The position numbers and the translations under genes were made by a program. From positions 160,001 to 224,000 of the forward strand of contig CAWBWI010000006.1 of NCBI GenBank assembly GCA_963792585.1: a DNA stretch of 64,000 bases. Reading direction: 5' to 3'. The first letter of the stretch is position 1. Each line of letters opens with the position of its first letter. This stretch comes from Candidatus Eiseniibacteriota bacterium (lineage in GTDB: Bacteria > Eisenbacteria > RBG-16-71-46 > CAIMUX01 > VGJL01). This document shows positions 1 to 11,117 of this stretch, piece by piece. Below the pieces are notes generated by a model. The model searched no databases. It saw only the letters and a program-made list of their open reading frames with translations, and was not told the origin of the DNA.

Positions 1-15
1 TGCGCGACCGGTTGG

Positions 16-2094
16 ATGCGAAATAGGGGCGGGACCGTTACCTTGCTTTCTCAGTCCGCTCCAACGGCGCCGGCGATCCGGCACCTGCGTTACCTGTTTC
101 TCTCGCTCCTCGCCGCGGCCGCGCTGCTCCCCGTTTCCCTGCCTGCCCCGGTGGCGATCCCGATCCTCGCCATCGTGTTCGGCATTCTGCCGGGCGCGAT
201 CGTCGCGCGGATCATCATGCCTTTCGCATCCAGGACGGCGCGTCTCCTCGTCGCCCTGGCGATTTCCCCATTCCTCGCCGGGGGGATCGGCGCGCTGCTC
301 ATGGGAATCGGCGCCGCACCCGCCGCCGCAGGACGCATCGTCGCGGCCATCCTCGTCCTGGGCGGGGTAGGGATCGCCCTCGATCGCCGATCCCCCGACA
401 CCACACCGACCCACCCCGACGAAAGCGATGCGGTGCGGCGGGGCGATCGATGGATCCTCATGGTCGCGGGCGCCTGGACGGTCTTGATCGCGGCCGTCCT
501 CCTCGGAAATCGCGCATTGATGTTCCGCTCGGACGGCTGGTTCCACGCGGCCGTCAGCACGCAGATCGCGCAGCGGGGGCTTCCACCGGAGGATCCATTC
601 TTCGCCGGACTTCGCCTTTTCTACTTCTGGGGTCCGCATGCGTGGGCCTCTCTCTGGAACGCCCTCCAGCCGGAGCTTTCGGTCTGGGCTCCGCTTGTGG
701 TGATGAACCTCTCGGGGGCCTTTGCATCGATTCTCGGCATCGGCCTCCTCGCGCGCCGCCTGGGCGCCGCACCCGCAGGAATGGCCGCTGCCGCCGTCGC
801 CGCGATCCTGGGAAACGCCCCACTCGCATGGGGGTGGGTCGTCGGGCGGGCGTGGACCGGCGAGGTCCGGGGGTTCGAGGAGCTCGCGCGTCTGACCGGG
901 AACGGTCTGGAGCCCGCGCTCTCGGCGATGAGCACCGGGATGCTCCACGTGTCGATGGTCTTCTTCGGGGGGAAGTTCCTCGTCTTGACCCCGTTCGGTC
1001 TCGGCTTCGGGATCTTCGCGGCGTTTCTGATCCTCTTCCTGGACTTCGTGCGGGACCGATCGCCGCGGCAGGGAGTCGGCATGGCGCTGTTCACCGGCGC
1101 GGCGCTCTTCGTTCACACGGTGATCGGTATCTGCTGCGTCGCACTCGCGGCCGGATGGTGGGGCTGGACGCTCTTGCGATCGCTCGTCACGAAGCAGGCG
1201 GATGCGCGGCGTCCGCTCGTTCCCCTTCTCCTGGCCATCGCGGCCGGCGGGGCGATCGCGTCTCCCTACCTCGCCTCGATCCTCGGCGGCGGCGGACGGC
1301 AGATGGGGATCGGCGTCACCCGCGAGGCGATCGTCACATGGATTTGGGGCGGCGCCATCGTGGTCCCCGCGGGAATGCTCTGGCTCGCCCGCGCGGCGCG
1401 CCGGGATCCGATCAAGCGCGACCTCCTGATTCTCGCGATCCTGTTGACCCTGCCGGGACTCGTCCTCGTCCTGACGGACAACAATCAGTCGAAGTTCTTC
1501 AACCTGCTCTTCTACATGCTCTCCGCCCCCGCAGGGATCGCGTGGCTCGAGATCTGTCGTCGCAGGCGGGGGGTGCTGCGGATTGGACTGATCCTCGCGC
1601 TCGCGATGGCGACGATTCCCACCGCGGGGCTCTCCCTGTGGGCCTATGCGACCGAATCGGGGAGCTTCGTGAGCGGCGCGACCAAGCTCACCGCGGGGGA
1701 ACGGTCGGCATTCGCGTGGGCCCGCGCCCACACCCCGTCCGACGCGATCTTCGTCGAGGAGACGGCGGCGCGGGACGCGACGGTCCTGGCGGGACGCAGC
1801 GTGCTATGGGGCGGGCCGGGGTGGGCGCACAAATGGGGATACCCGGACGAGGCGCTCCGCCTCCGGGAGCAGGCGAATCGGGAGCTGTCGGCGGCCACGG
1901 TCTCGCCGGAAACCCGGACATTCCTCGCCAGCCTCCACCGCCCCGTCATCATCGTGGCGCGCAGGCGCGCGGAAACCGGCGTTCTCTCCGCTTGGATCAC
2001 CATCCCGCAGGCTCCGGAATCGTATCGGCCGATCTACATGGGGGAGGACGTCAGGCTCTACGAGTGGGATCAGACGACGTCCTGGCGCCGGTAG
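16..2094 (+). CDS. Polytopic membrane protein, possibly a GT-C-type envelope glycosyltransferase
   Basis: 692-aa ORF with many hydrophobic helices, an early loop 'FRSDGWFHAAV...PPEDPFFAG..YFWG' and a soluble C-terminal 'AWARAHTPSDAIF' region. The exact start is uncertain. Confidence 0.6.
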   Translation: MRNRGGTVTLLSQSAPTAPAIRHLRYLFLSLLAAAALLPVSLPAPVAIPILAIVFGILPGAIVARIIMPFASRTARLLVALAISPFLAGGIGALLMGIGAAPAAAGRIVAAILVLGGVGIALDRRSPDTTPTHPDESDAVRRGDRWILMVAGAWTVLIAAVLLGNRALMFRSDGWFHAAVSTQIAQRGLPPEDPFFAGLRLFYFWGPHAWASLWNALQPELSVWAPLVVMNLSGAFASILGIGLLARRLGAAPAGMAAAAVAAILGNAPLAWGWVVGRAWTGEVRGFEELARLTGNGLEPALSAMSTGMLHVSMVFFGGKFLVLTPFGLGFGIFAAFLILFLDFVRDRSPRQGVGMALFTGAALFVHTVIGICCVALAAGWWGWTLLRSLVTKQADARRPLVPLLLAIAAGGAIASPYLASILGGGGRQMGIGVTREAIVTWIWGGAIVVPAGMLWLARAARRDPIKRDLLILAILLTLPGLVLVLTDNNQSKFFNLLFYMLSAPAGIAWLEICRRRRGVLRIGLILALAMATIPTAGLSLWAYATESGSFVSGATKLTAGERSAFAWARAHTPSDAIFVEETAARDATVLAGRSVLWGGPGWAHKWGYPDEALRLREQANRELSAATVSPETRTFLASLHRPVIIVARRRAETGVLSAWITIPQAPESYRPIYMGEDVRLYEWDQTTSWRR

Positions 2095-2555
2095 GGACCG
2101 CTCTTGCCCCCCCACTTCTCATCCAGATAGACGGCCTCGATCACCATTCCGCGATCGATCGACTTGCACATATCGTAGACCGTGAGGGCCGCGACGGACG
2201 CGGCCGTGAGCGCCTCCATCTCGACGCCGGTGCGCGCGGTGCAACGGATCTCCGCGCGGATGTGGACGATTCCAGCCTCGACCGTGAGATCGACGGAGGC
2301 GAGATCGAGCGCCAGGGGGTGACAGAGCGGGATCAGCTCGCCCGTTCTCTTCGCCGCCTGGATGCCGGCGATGCGCGCGACATCCAGAACCCGTCCTTTG
2401 GAGACGGCGTCCGCCGCGATCGCGGCGGCGACCTTCTCGCCGATGCGCACGCGCGCCTTCGCGATCGCGCCGCGGCCCGTCACGTCCTTGTCCGAGACGT
2501 CGACCATCCGCGCCCCCTTCGGGCCGAGATGGGAGAAGGAGGGATCGAGGGTCAT
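2070..2555 (-). CDS. moaC: Cyclic pyranopterin monophosphate synthase MoaC
   Basis: Motifs RMVDVSDK, AAKRTGELIPLCHP, TGVEMEAL, YDMCKS and GGKSG. The ATG at 2555 overlaps the moeA stop (ATGA). Confidence 0.95.
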   Translation of the reverse strand: MTLDPSFSHLGPKGARMVDVSDKDVTGRGAIAKARVRIGEKVAAAIAADAVSKGRVLDVARIAGIQAAKRTGELIPLCHPLALDLASVDLTVEAGIVHIRAEIRCTARTGVEMEALTAASVAALTVYDMCKSIDRGMVIEAVYLDEKWGGKSGPYRRQDVV

Positions 2556-3802
2556 GGCTCCTCCGCAACCGGCGCGCAGCCGGGAATCGGATCGACTTCG
2601 AGGATGCTTCCCTCCGGGATCATCCCATCTCCCCCCTTTACGCGGAGGAAGGCGCGGGCGGCGGCGACCGAAACGAAGTCGCCGCTGCCGTGAGAGACGA
2701 TCTCTCGTGCGCGCAGGGCTCCCTCGCCGTCGACGCGCAGGTCGCACGGAACGAAGTGAAGAAAGCCGGCGGGACGCTGCAGCGGTGTGTCCGAGCGCGC
2801 CCGCAACGGCCGATGGGTCTCCCCGCGCCAGGCGCGGATGAAGGGCACGAGGAACTCGACCGCGGTGGCCAGGACGCTGACCGGATTGCCGGGAAGACCG
2901 AAGACGGCGGTTCGCCGCCCTCCCTTCGTGTCGATCCCGAAGAGAAACGGTTTGCCCGGCCGGATCGCCACGCGGTGCAGAACGATCCGCACCCCGAGTT
3001 CGCGCAGGATGTCCGGCACGAGATCGAGCCGGCCCGCCGAGACGCCGCCGGTCACGACGAGGATGTCGTGCCCGAGTCCCCGGCGCAGCGCGCGCCGCAG
3101 CGGCGCGGGGTCGTCCTCGATGATCCCGAGACGGCTGACCCCGCTCACGCCGGCCGCCTCCACGATCGCCGCGACCGTCGCGTCGTTCGCGCTGCGGACC
3201 TGCACGCTCGTCGGCTTCGAGGAGGGGGGAACGAGTTCGTGGCCCGTCACGACGATCGCCACCTCGGGCTGTGTGTAGACGGGAACCGCTTCGACCCCCA
3301 CCGATGCGAGCAGCGCCGCCTCGGCCGGGGTGATGCGACGTCCGCGGGGAACGAGCAGCGCCCCACGGCGGGCATCTTCACCTCGATCGGCGATCCCCTC
3401 GCGTCGCGCCCGGCCTCGCTCGAGGGGGCCCTCGAGGTAGGCGCGCCCCGCGGCCTCCCGGGCGCGTTCGACGGGGATCACCCCCTGGGCCCCGGCAGGC
3501 ACGGATGCGCCGGTCCAGACGCGCACGCAGGTGTCGGGCGCCAGAAGGCGGGGCGGCTTCTCGCCCGCGGCAACCTCGCCCACCACGGGCAAGACCTGCA
3601 TCCCGCCGAACTCCCCGCTCACGCGGACGGCATAGCCGTCGAGCATCGAGCGGTCGAAGGGGGGCAGGTCCCGGTCGGCGCGGACATCGCGCGCGAGCAG
3701 GCGTCCCTGCGCGCCCGCGAGCGTAACGGTCTCTCGTTTCGGCGCCGGCGCCGCGGCGAGCACGCGCCGCAGCGCTTCATCGAAGGGCAGGAGCGGCTTC
3801 AT
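2552..3802 (-). CDS. moeA: Molybdopterin molybdenumtransferase MoeA
   Basis: Motifs PPFDRSMLDGYAV, VWTGA, TGHEL, TGGVSAG, IRPGKP and GLPGNPVS. Adjacent to moaC. Confidence 0.95.
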   Translation of the reverse strand: MKPLLPFDEALRRVLAAAPAPKRETVTLAGAQGRLLARDVRADRDLPPFDRSMLDGYAVRVSGEFGGMQVLPVVGEVAAGEKPPRLLAPDTCVRVWTGASVPAGAQGVIPVERAREAAGRAYLEGPLERGRARREGIADRGEDARRGALLVPRGRRITPAEAALLASVGVEAVPVYTQPEVAIVVTGHELVPPSSKPTSVQVRSANDATVAAIVEAAGVSGVSRLGIIEDDPAPLRRALRRGLGHDILVVTGGVSAGRLDLVPDILRELGVRIVLHRVAIRPGKPFLFGIDTKGGRRTAVFGLPGNPVSVLATAVEFLVPFIRAWRGETHRPLRARSDTPLQRPAGFLHFVPCDLRVDGEGALRAREIVSHGSGDFVSVAAARAFLRVKGGDGMIPEGSILEVDPIPGCAPVAEEP

Positions 3803-3968
3803 GGGATTCCCTCACGGGCGGGGTTGTCCGCCATGTCGATGAGACTACCCCACGATGCGACTCCGTCCTACCCCCGGCGCGGTCCGCGGATGGGCGCTCG
3901 CGCGATCACCGGCCGATGATCACGCTCCCTCCATCGGGGATGATGCGCCCCGCGCACCGAGGAAACAC

Positions 3969-4631
3969 TCAATCGGCGAGCGGTCCGCCTTCGGGAAGGA
4001 ACTGCTTGAGGGGGCACGCGTCGCACCGGGGCCGAGGTCCACAATATCGGTGGCCCACCCACACGAACTGGGCATGGAAATCGTTGTACAGAGGGATCGA
4101 AGGGGAGATGTGGTTCTCCAGATAGGCACGGGTTTCCTCGTACCCGCCACGATGGAGTCCGTGCCGTCCCAGGACGCGGTGCGTGTATGCGTCCACCACG
4201 AATACAGGGCGATCGAAGACGTAGAGGAGCATCGAGTCTGCCGTCTCGGGCCCGATCCCCCAGATCCCGAGCAGCTCGGTGCGCAATTCGTTGGTCGGGA
4301 CACGGCCGGCACGCGCAAGACTCCCCCCGTGTCGGGTCTGCAACCATGCCAGGAAGCTCTTGAGCTTGCGCGCCTTCTGGCGGTACGAACCCGATGCCCG
4401 GATCGCCTCCGCGAGTTCGGGTTCCGTGATGGCCGCCATTGCGCGCGGGCTCAACCAACGCTTCGCGCGAAGCGACGCAATCGCTTTCTCGACGTTCGCC
4501 CAAGCGGTGTTCTGGGTCAGGATCGCGCCGGTCGCGACCTCGAAGCGGGTCCTTCCGGGCCACCATCCGAGCGGACCGTGATCGTCGCGAAGGGTCTCGT
4601 AGATGGCTCGGAGACGGTCGTCGTGCCGCAT
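3969..4631 (-). CDS. Endonuclease III-related HhH-GPD DNA glycosylase
   Basis: Motifs GAILTQNTAWANV, LLGIWGIGPETADS (HhH), VVDAYTHR and C-terminal C-x5-C-x2-C. Confidence 0.9.
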   Translation of the reverse strand: MRHDDRLRAIYETLRDDHGPLGWWPGRTRFEVATGAILTQNTAWANVEKAIASLRAKRWLSPRAMAAITEPELAEAIRASGSYRQKARKLKSFLAWLQTRHGGSLARAGRVPTNELRTELLGIWGIGPETADSMLLYVFDRPVFVVDAYTHRVLGRHGLHRGGYEETRAYLENHISPSIPLYNDFHAQFVWVGHRYCGPRPRCDACPLKQFLPEGGPLAD

Positions 4632-4778
4632 CGCGCCGGTGCGAAGTTGCTTCACCGGAGGCACTGGGAAGCGATGAACGGAGGCGACGGAGAGGATCGA
4701 CTCCCCCCCGTCGCCCGTAAGTCCGATGCGATCATCCCCGTCTCCCGTGCCGCCACGGAGGTCGGACGAGCCCGCTCC

Positions 4779-5402
4779 CTACTTGCTCGCGGGAGCGATG
4801 ACCTTGACGCTCTTGATCAGGATCGGGTCGATCGGAACGTCGCTATACGCGCCCTTCGTGGTCGTCGGCACGGCGACGATCTTGTCGGCGATGTCCATCC
4901 CCTCGAGGACCTTTCCGAAGACCGCATAACCGTTGCCGTCCGGCTTCGGATAATCGAGGTTCGCGTTGTCCTTCACGTTGATGAAGAACTGCGAGGTCGC
5001 GGAGTTCGGATCGCCGGTCCGCGCCATCGCGATGGCGCCGCGGGCGTTTTTCAGACCGTTCTGCGACTCGAGCGGGATCGGAGGCTTCCCCTGCTTCTGG
5101 TCCATGTTCTTGCTGAAGCCGCCTCCCTGAATCATGAAGCCCGGGATGACCCGGTGAAAGATCGTATCGGTGAAGAAGCCTTCCTTCACATAGGTCAGGA
5201 AGTTTTCCACCGTCTTCGGCGCCTTCTCCGGATACAGCTCGATCTTGATGTTGCCCATCGTCGTTTCCATCAACACCACAACGGCCTTCCCTTTCGTCAC
5301 GGCGGGCGTCGACGCCTCCGTGGGCTTCTTCTCATCGGCCGCGCCCGCCAGACCTGCCGTGAGCAGGCACAGCAGACCGGCAAGCAGCATCTTCCTCGAC
5401 AT
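4779..5402 (-). CDS. Exported cyclophilin-type peptidyl-prolyl cis-trans isomerase
   Basis: Signal peptide ([14 protein letters not shown]...AGA), then [28 protein letters not shown] and GYAVFGKV. Strong GAGGAGG RBS upstream of ATG 5402. Confidence 0.93.
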   Translation of the reverse strand: MSRKMLLAGLLCLLTAGLAGAADEKKPTEASTPAVTKGKAVVVLMETTMGNIKIELYPEKAPKTVENFLTYVKEGFFTDTIFHRVIPGFMIQGGGFSKNMDQKQGKPPIPLESQNGLKNARGAIAMARTGDPNSATSQFFINVKDNANLDYPKPDGNGYAVFGKVLEGMDIADKIVAVPTTTKGAYSDVPIDPILIKSVKVIAPASK

Positions 5403-5597
5403 TGTCCTCAACCTCCTCGCAACTCGGGTTCGGGTGATCGGAACCCGAACCGACGGCCCCCGCGGTGGGGTGGCGTCCGGTTCGGTCCGCCTCGTACACG
5501 GGACTCTATCAGAGGGTTCCTCGGCGCGGCAACGCAGGGCTCCCCCTGGCGCACCGGCGCGGAGGTGGTACGATCCCCTTCGAAGGGAGAACTGCTG

Positions 5598-6197
5598 ATG
5601 CGACGTTGCCCCTTTGCGCCCCTCCTGGGGGGCCTCTTGCTCGTCCTCGCCCTCCCGTGCTGCTCTCCCAAGGGGGGAACCCCCCAGGAACCGGCCATCG
5701 ACTTCAATGAGGAACTCCAGCGGGCCTGGGGCCAGTTCCGGGCGCACGACTTCCCCGCCGCCTCGGTCTCCTTCCGCCTCCTCTCGCGGCGATTTCCCGA
5801 GGCCGCCGAAGGGCGGGTCGGGCTCGGCTGGTGCCAGATTGTCGCCGACAGCCTGGAGGCGGCCTACGCGAGCTTCGGGTTGGCGGGCGGTCTGCGGGGC
5901 GACGACAACGCGGTCGCCGGCATCGCGGTCGTCGCTTCCGCGATGGGATGGGATTCGATCGCGGTCGAGGCGTCGTCGAAAGCGACCGATCCGACCTGGA
6001 TCTTCGGAGGCGACCCGCAATTCGGCTACCCCGACCTCGTCTTCATCAAGGCGCTGGGAGAGTTCCATCTCCTCCATTACGAGGACTGCTACGCAACGCT
6101 TCTCATCCTCATCCCGGATCTTCGGATCGATCTCGGGGCGTTCGACTTTCGCGAGGAGCTCTTCTCTGCGCTCGAGTCGCTGCGGGGGCAGGTATGA
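5598..6197 (+). CDS. Putative TPR-containing lipoprotein
   Basis: ATG after a GGGAG RBS, a hydrophobic signal ending LALPCC, and TPR-like helices (AWGQF...EGRVGLGW). Its stop overlaps the next ATG. Confidence 0.65.
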   Translation: MRRCPFAPLLGGLLLVLALPCCSPKGGTPQEPAIDFNEELQRAWGQFRAHDFPAASVSFRLLSRRFPEAAEGRVGLGWCQIVADSLEAAYASFGLAGGLRGDDNAVAGIAVVASAMGWDSIAVEASSKATDPTWIFGGDPQFGYPDLVFIKALGEFHLLHYEDCYATLLILIPDLRIDLGAFDFREELFSALESLRGQV

Positions 6198-8821
6198 TCC
6201 GCCGCGCGATCGTTCTCGTCTTGCTCTGTCTTGGTCCGGTCACGGGCCGCGCCTCCTCGAGCTGGCAGGTCCGCACCTTCCCCGAGGGATCGGGTCGATG
6301 GGTCACGACAACCAACTCCGACGCGCTTCGCGTATTCGGATCCTTCGAGGGGGGCACGGTCTGGGACACCCGCAATGCGGGGCTCTCGGGGAGTCTCCTG
6401 GGCGCTACCGTCCCGTTCCCCGTCGACAGCATCGCGTCGGTCGCGGATGAAGGCGAAATGCTCGTGTATGAAGGGCGTGCGTGGCGTCGCGACTATCCGA
6501 CGTGGACTCCCTTCATTCTCGCCGACTCGATCGGAGCGATCACCGCCGCGGGGGGCAACCCGTGGGTCGGATCGGCTTACACCTTCGGCAACGCGGCGGG
6601 AGTCGTCTTCCGCGGCAACGGCACCAGCACCCAGCAGCGCATCGGCGATTTTCAGGGAGTCACGGTCCGCCGGTTCTTCGGCCGGGGCGACGAGGGCGTG
6701 CGGCTCCTTCTGGCCGACGGAAGGCTCTTCGTGCAGAACGATGGGTGGACGGAGTCTCCCATGCGCGCCTCCGTGGCCGGATTCTGGGACGACCGCCTCG
6801 GCTACGCGATCGAGAAAGAGACGCTCCACCTCTGGAATACGACCGACGCGGGGCTCCACTGGACCGCGCTGAGCGAGACGCTTGCGACTCCGACGTTGGC
6901 CGTGTGGGCCGCCCACGCCCGCAGCATCTCGATCGACGACAGCGGCCACGGGGTGATCCCGTGCGGAGACGCGATTCTGATGACCGGGGACGGAGGGACG
7001 AGCTGGATCGTCGCCGCCGTCGGCGAGGAGATGTTCCTCGACGCCGCGATCGACTCGGAGGGACATGTCCTGACCGTGGGCCGGCGCCTGCACCGCTGCG
7101 CGGGCGGTTCGTTCGACTTCGAGCAGGTCGCGGGCGCTGATTTCGGCCGCGTCATCATGGGCTCCAACGCCACGTTCTGGGCACACGACGACGGCCTACT
7201 CCTCAGCGTCGACCAGGGAAGTCGCTGGTTCCGGCAGGCGATCCCCGACGCGCCGGGACGGTTGCGTCGTATCGCCGCGCTGGGAGACTACGACTTGTGG
7301 CTGCACTTCGACGGGCAGGACGGAAGTCGCACGTACCGCACGCGGGATCGGGGCAATTCCTTCGTTCCCCTCGATCTTCCCGGCCTCCTGCACGGAGCGA
7401 TCGCCTGGTCGATCCCCGATTCTCTGTCCGCGTGGGCGGCGACGCGCGAGGCGGTCCTGCGCAGCGTCGATGGCGGCGCCCATTGGAGCGTGACGCGTGA
7501 TCGTCTCGACGGGATCCAGGTACTGGCCGCGATCGACTCGCTGCATGCCGCGGTGCGCACCGCGACAGCGTTCGTCTACACGGCCGACGGCGGGGTCAGC
7601 TGGATCGAAGGTCCCACGCCCCCCGCCGGACCGTTCACGGCGATCGACTTCACCCCCGACGGCGGGTGGGCCGCCGCCGGAACCGGACTCTATCGCGCCT
7701 CCCCCACCGATCCATGGAATCTCACCGCCTCGATCTCCGCGGGCGACACACTACGGGACCTTTCGATCGCCCCGGATGGAACCGGATGGAGCGTCGGCAG
7801 CTCCGGGTTGGTCCTGGGAACCGATGATTCCGGTCGATCGTGGAATCCTTACCGCGTGAACCTCGAGCTCAACGCGATCGACACGACCTTCGTCCAGTTG
7901 TGCCTCCTCGACTCGGGCGATGGCGTCACGGGCGCGGGGACGAAGCTCATCCGCTTTCTTCCCGATCGCAGCGGGCCGATCTTCCGCATCGGCGTCTCGG
8001 CGAATCCGTTCCTACCCCGTCGCGTCGATATCCACGTCACCGCCCTCGAGCGCCTGCGCGACGACTCGCTCCGCGTCAGAGTCGACGGCGTCGATCTGCC
8101 CGCTACGCTGATCGATCCGGACGGCTTCCTCTATCGCGCACGCTTCGAGATCCCGGCGGACCCGACCGAGCAGCTGCTCACCGTGAGCGGGCGCGACTGG
8201 GAAGGCAACGAGCGAAGCGACGCGCGCGCGCTCCTCGCGCTCGTCCTCGACCGCGACGGCCGCGCGGATGCGCTTTGGAACGGCCAGCCCATCCGCATCG
8301 CCGGCGGGGCCGCCGCAGCGGTGGTGTTCCTCGGCGGAGACGGCGAGTTCGGGATACCGCCGCCGGACGCCTCGATATCGGGGGCCCCCTTCGCGGTCGT
8401 TGCGATGACTCCCACGACGCTGGCTGCGCGGGATTCCGGCATCGGAATGATCCGATGGGATGGCGACCGGTGGGTTCCGGCCGATGGGGATATGGTCACA
8501 CCCGGCGCGCGGGAGATCCGCGCTTTCGTCCGCCGCGGGGGAGGATCGGCGAACACCGAATTGCTCCGCGTCTTTCCCGTTCCGAGCCGCGACGAATGCA
8601 CGATCCAGTGGAACGGATCGACGGCGATCGCGGTGCGCTGGGAGCTGTTCGACCTCGCGGGCCGGAAGGTCGCCTCGGGCATTCTCCCCGCCGGGGCCGG
8701 GCGCACGATTCACTGGCGCGCGGTCGATGCCGCCGGGCGTGCGCTGCCCACGGGCGTCTACTGGCTGCGCGCTTCGGCGGACGGGGAACGGGCGACCCGA
8801 AGGATTCTCATCGAACGATGA
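6194..8821 (+). CDS. Secreted BNR/YCF48-like beta-propeller protein with C-terminal FlgD-Ig/T9SS-like sorting domain
   Basis: Signal peptide, repeated Asp-box motifs ([48 protein letters not shown]), and C-terminal 'VFPVP...LFDLAGRKV...GVYWLRA'. Confidence 0.8.
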   Translation: MIRRAIVLVLLCLGPVTGRASSSWQVRTFPEGSGRWVTTTNSDALRVFGSFEGGTVWDTRNAGLSGSLLGATVPFPVDSIASVADEGEMLVYEGRAWRRDYPTWTPFILADSIGAITAAGGNPWVGSAYTFGNAAGVVFRGNGTSTQQRIGDFQGVTVRRFFGRGDEGVRLLLADGRLFVQNDGWTESPMRASVAGFWDDRLGYAIEKETLHLWNTTDAGLHWTALSETLATPTLAVWAAHARSISIDDSGHGVIPCGDAILMTGDGGTSWIVAAVGEEMFLDAAIDSEGHVLTVGRRLHRCAGGSFDFEQVAGADFGRVIMGSNATFWAHDDGLLLSVDQGSRWFRQAIPDAPGRLRRIAALGDYDLWLHFDGQDGSRTYRTRDRGNSFVPLDLPGLLHGAIAWSIPDSLSAWAATREAVLRSVDGGAHWSVTRDRLDGIQVLAAIDSLHAAVRTATAFVYTADGGVSWIEGPTPPAGPFTAIDFTPDGGWAAAGTGLYRASPTDPWNLTASISAGDTLRDLSIAPDGTGWSVGSSGLVLGTDDSGRSWNPYRVNLELNAIDTTFVQLCLLDSGDGVTGAGTKLIRFLPDRSGPIFRIGVSANPFLPRRVDIHVTALERLRDDSLRVRVDGVDLPATLIDPDGFLYRARFEIPADPTEQLLTVSGRDWEGNERSDARALLALVLDRDGRADALWNGQPIRIAGGAAAAVVFLGGDGEFGIPPPDASISGAPFAVVAMTPTTLAARDSGIGMIRWDGDRWVPADGDMVTPGAREIRAFVRRGGGSANTELLRVFPVPSRDECTIQWNGSTAIAVRWELFDLAGRKVASGILPAGAGRTIHWRAVDAAGRALPTGVYWLRASADGERATRRILIER

Positions 8822-8828
8822 GGGGACG

Positions 8829-9527
8829 CTAGAAGCGGCGAACGCCGACCGGGTCGACGGAGCCGACCAGAACCGATTCCGCCATCCCGACGAACAGGCC
8901 GTTGTCGAGCACGCCCGGAATCTCGTTGATCGCGCGTTCGAGCGACGCCGGATCGTCGATGCGGGCAAACCGCGCATCGACGACGAAGTTACCCTGATCG
9001 GTGATGACGGGACCGTCCTTGCGGATCCCCATGCGGATCTCGGGGACCGCGCCGAGATCGCGGAGCCGGAGAAGGACGGCCGAGACCGCCATCGGGATCA
9101 CCTCAACGGGCACCGGCATCTTCTCCCCGAGACGGGAGACGAGTTTCGTCTCGTCGGCGACCACGACGAATCGGGCCGCGGCGGATGCGATCACCTTCTC
9201 GCGGGTATGCGCCGCGCCACCCCCTTTGATCAGATTCCTCCGTGGATCCACCTCGTCGGCGCCGTCGATGGCCAGATCGATTGATGCGACGTCATCGAGT
9301 GTGGTCAGGGGGATGCCGCCATCGCGGGCGAGGATCGCCGCGGAGAAGGAGGTGGGGATGCCGACGATCGAGAGGCCTTCTTCCCGAATCCTGCGCCCCA
9401 GCTCGGCGATCGCGAAGGCCGCGGTCGACCCGGTCCCGAGTCCTACCACGAAGCCGGACCGAACCAGGCCGGCCGCCTCGATTCCCGCCAACCGCTTCGC
9501 CTCCCGCGCCGAATCTTCGTTCTTCAT
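8829..9527 (-). CDS. rpiA: Ribose-5-phosphate isomerase A
   Basis: Motifs GLGTGST, DGADE, IKGGGAA..REK, PVEVIP, ITDQGN and [10 protein letters not shown]. Confidence 0.96.
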   Translation of the reverse strand: MKNEDSAREAKRLAGIEAAGLVRSGFVVGLGTGSTAAFAIAELGRRIREEGLSIVGIPTSFSAAILARDGGIPLTTLDDVASIDLAIDGADEVDPRRNLIKGGGAAHTREKVIASAAARFVVVADETKLVSRLGEKMPVPVEVIPMAVSAVLLRLRDLGAVPEIRMGIRKDGPVITDQGNFVVDARFARIDDPASLERAINEIPGVLDNGLFVGMAESVLVGSVDPVGVRRF

Positions 9528-9679
9528 CGCAACGGACGCTAGCAGGCCCCGCAACGCGTCGCAAGCGGCGCGGACCGATCGCGCCCCTGATGATAGCGCC
9601 CTCTACGATCCCATCCGAACGATCGGAGTTGACGGGATCGGTCAATGCGCCGACGCTCCCCCGGAAAAGGAGACCACCC

Positions 9680-11017
9680 ATGAAACCCGTCATCGCCCTC
9701 TGCCTCCTGGTTCTCTGTTCCATGCTCCCGGTCACCCCCACCCTCGCCGCGGACCCCGCCGGGGACGTCGCCGCCGGGGACGTGGATTGGAAGGGTGGAA
9801 CCCTCACATTCCTGGGCCTGATCCGGGACGGCAAAGTGGATGACGCGGCCGCCTACTTCGACGACAACGTCTCCAAGGCGCTCTCTCCCTCGGACCTGGG
9901 GAAGTTCTGGGCGAAGATCCAAGAGCAGGTCGGCGCCTTCAAGACATTCGGAACGCCCCGGGTCACGTTGAAGGAGAAGATGCACGTCGTCGACGTGCCC
10001 ACGAAGTTCGAGTGGCAACCGCTCATGATCCAGGTCGCGTGGAACGAGGAAGGGGCGGTCGCTGGATTCCGGATCCTCCCCGCGCCCGCCGACGCATTCC
10101 CGAGCGACGAGAAGCCCTCTCTCTACCCCGAGGAGAAGGTGACGGTCGGCGTCGACCCGTGGGCGCTTCCGGGCACCCTCACCCTGCCCAAGACGGGAAC
10201 GGCTCCGATTCCGGCGGTGATCCTTGTCCACGGCAGCGGCCCCAATGATCGCGACGAGACCATCGGCGCGAACAAGCCGTTCCGCGAGATCGCCGAGGGT
10301 CTGGCCGCGCAGGGAATCGCGGTGCTGCGTTACGACAAGCGAACGCGCGTCCACGGCGCGAAGATGGTCGGGAGCAAGATAACGGTCGACGAAGAGGTGC
10401 TGCAGGACGTCGCCGCCGCCATCGCATTGCTGAAGACCAAACCCCAGATCGATCCGAAGCGGATCTACGTCGTCGGGCACTCGCTCGGCGCCCTGCTGGC
10501 GCCGCTCATCGCCGCGCAGAGCCCGGACCTCGCCGGGATCGCGATGCTGGCCGGCGCCGCACGGCCGCTCGGCGAGGTTCTGATCGACCAGCTGGGTTAC
10601 ATCCGATCCGTTTCGGCCGACTCGGTCTCGATCGCCGCACTTACCGACATGGAGAACCAGGCGAAGGAGGCCCTGAAGCCGACGGCCCCCGACTCGCTCA
10701 TGATCATGGGAATGTCGGTGGCCTACCTTCGCGACCTCGATCGCCGGGATGTCGTCGGCGCCGCCACGAAACTTACGATGCCGGTGTTCGTCGCCCAGGG
10801 CGGTCGCGACTACCAGGCGACCCCGGAGGATCTCGATCTCTGGAAGAAAGCCCTCGCGGCTAACCCCAAGGCGACCTTCAAGCTCTACCCGGACCTCGAC
10901 CACCTGTTCCACAAGGGGACGGCCAAGGCGCGGCCGGAGGACTACATGAAGCCGGCTCCGGTCGCTCCGGAGCTGATCCAGGACCTGGCGGGATGGATCT
11001 CGGGGGGAACGAAGTAG
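9680..11017 (+). CDS. Secreted alpha/beta hydrolase with N-terminal DUF3887-like domain
   Basis: Signal peptide after an AAGGAG RBS, then VHGSGPNDRD, LRYDKR, GHSLG nucleophile elbow, GGRDYQ and LDHLF. Confidence 0.85.
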   Translation: MKPVIALCLLVLCSMLPVTPTLAADPAGDVAAGDVDWKGGTLTFLGLIRDGKVDDAAAYFDDNVSKALSPSDLGKFWAKIQEQVGAFKTFGTPRVTLKEKMHVVDVPTKFEWQPLMIQVAWNEEGAVAGFRILPAPADAFPSDEKPSLYPEEKVTVGVDPWALPGTLTLPKTGTAPIPAVILVHGSGPNDRDETIGANKPFREIAEGLAAQGIAVLRYDKRTRVHGAKMVGSKITVDEEVLQDVAAAIALLKTKPQIDPKRIYVVGHSLGALLAPLIAAQSPDLAGIAMLAGAARPLGEVLIDQLGYIRSVSADSVSIAALTDMENQAKEALKPTAPDSLMIMGMSVAYLRDLDRRDVVGAATKLTMPVFVAQGGRDYQATPEDLDLWKKALAANPKATFKLYPDLDHLFHKGTAKARPEDYMKPAPVAPELIQDLAGWISGGTK

Positions 11018-11117
11018 CCGGCCTCCCCCGGCGTTCCCCACGCAACCCTGCCCCCCGACCGCGCGTATAGCCCGGTCGCGTCCGGCGTTCGCCGGGCATA
11101 GGGGGAGGGTCCATTCG

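Noticed and set aside
3969..4050. Missing fourth Fe-S cysteine in the HhH-GPD glycosylase
   Set aside because: There is no TGA at that position, and incomplete clusters occur in this subfamily, so it is not informative.
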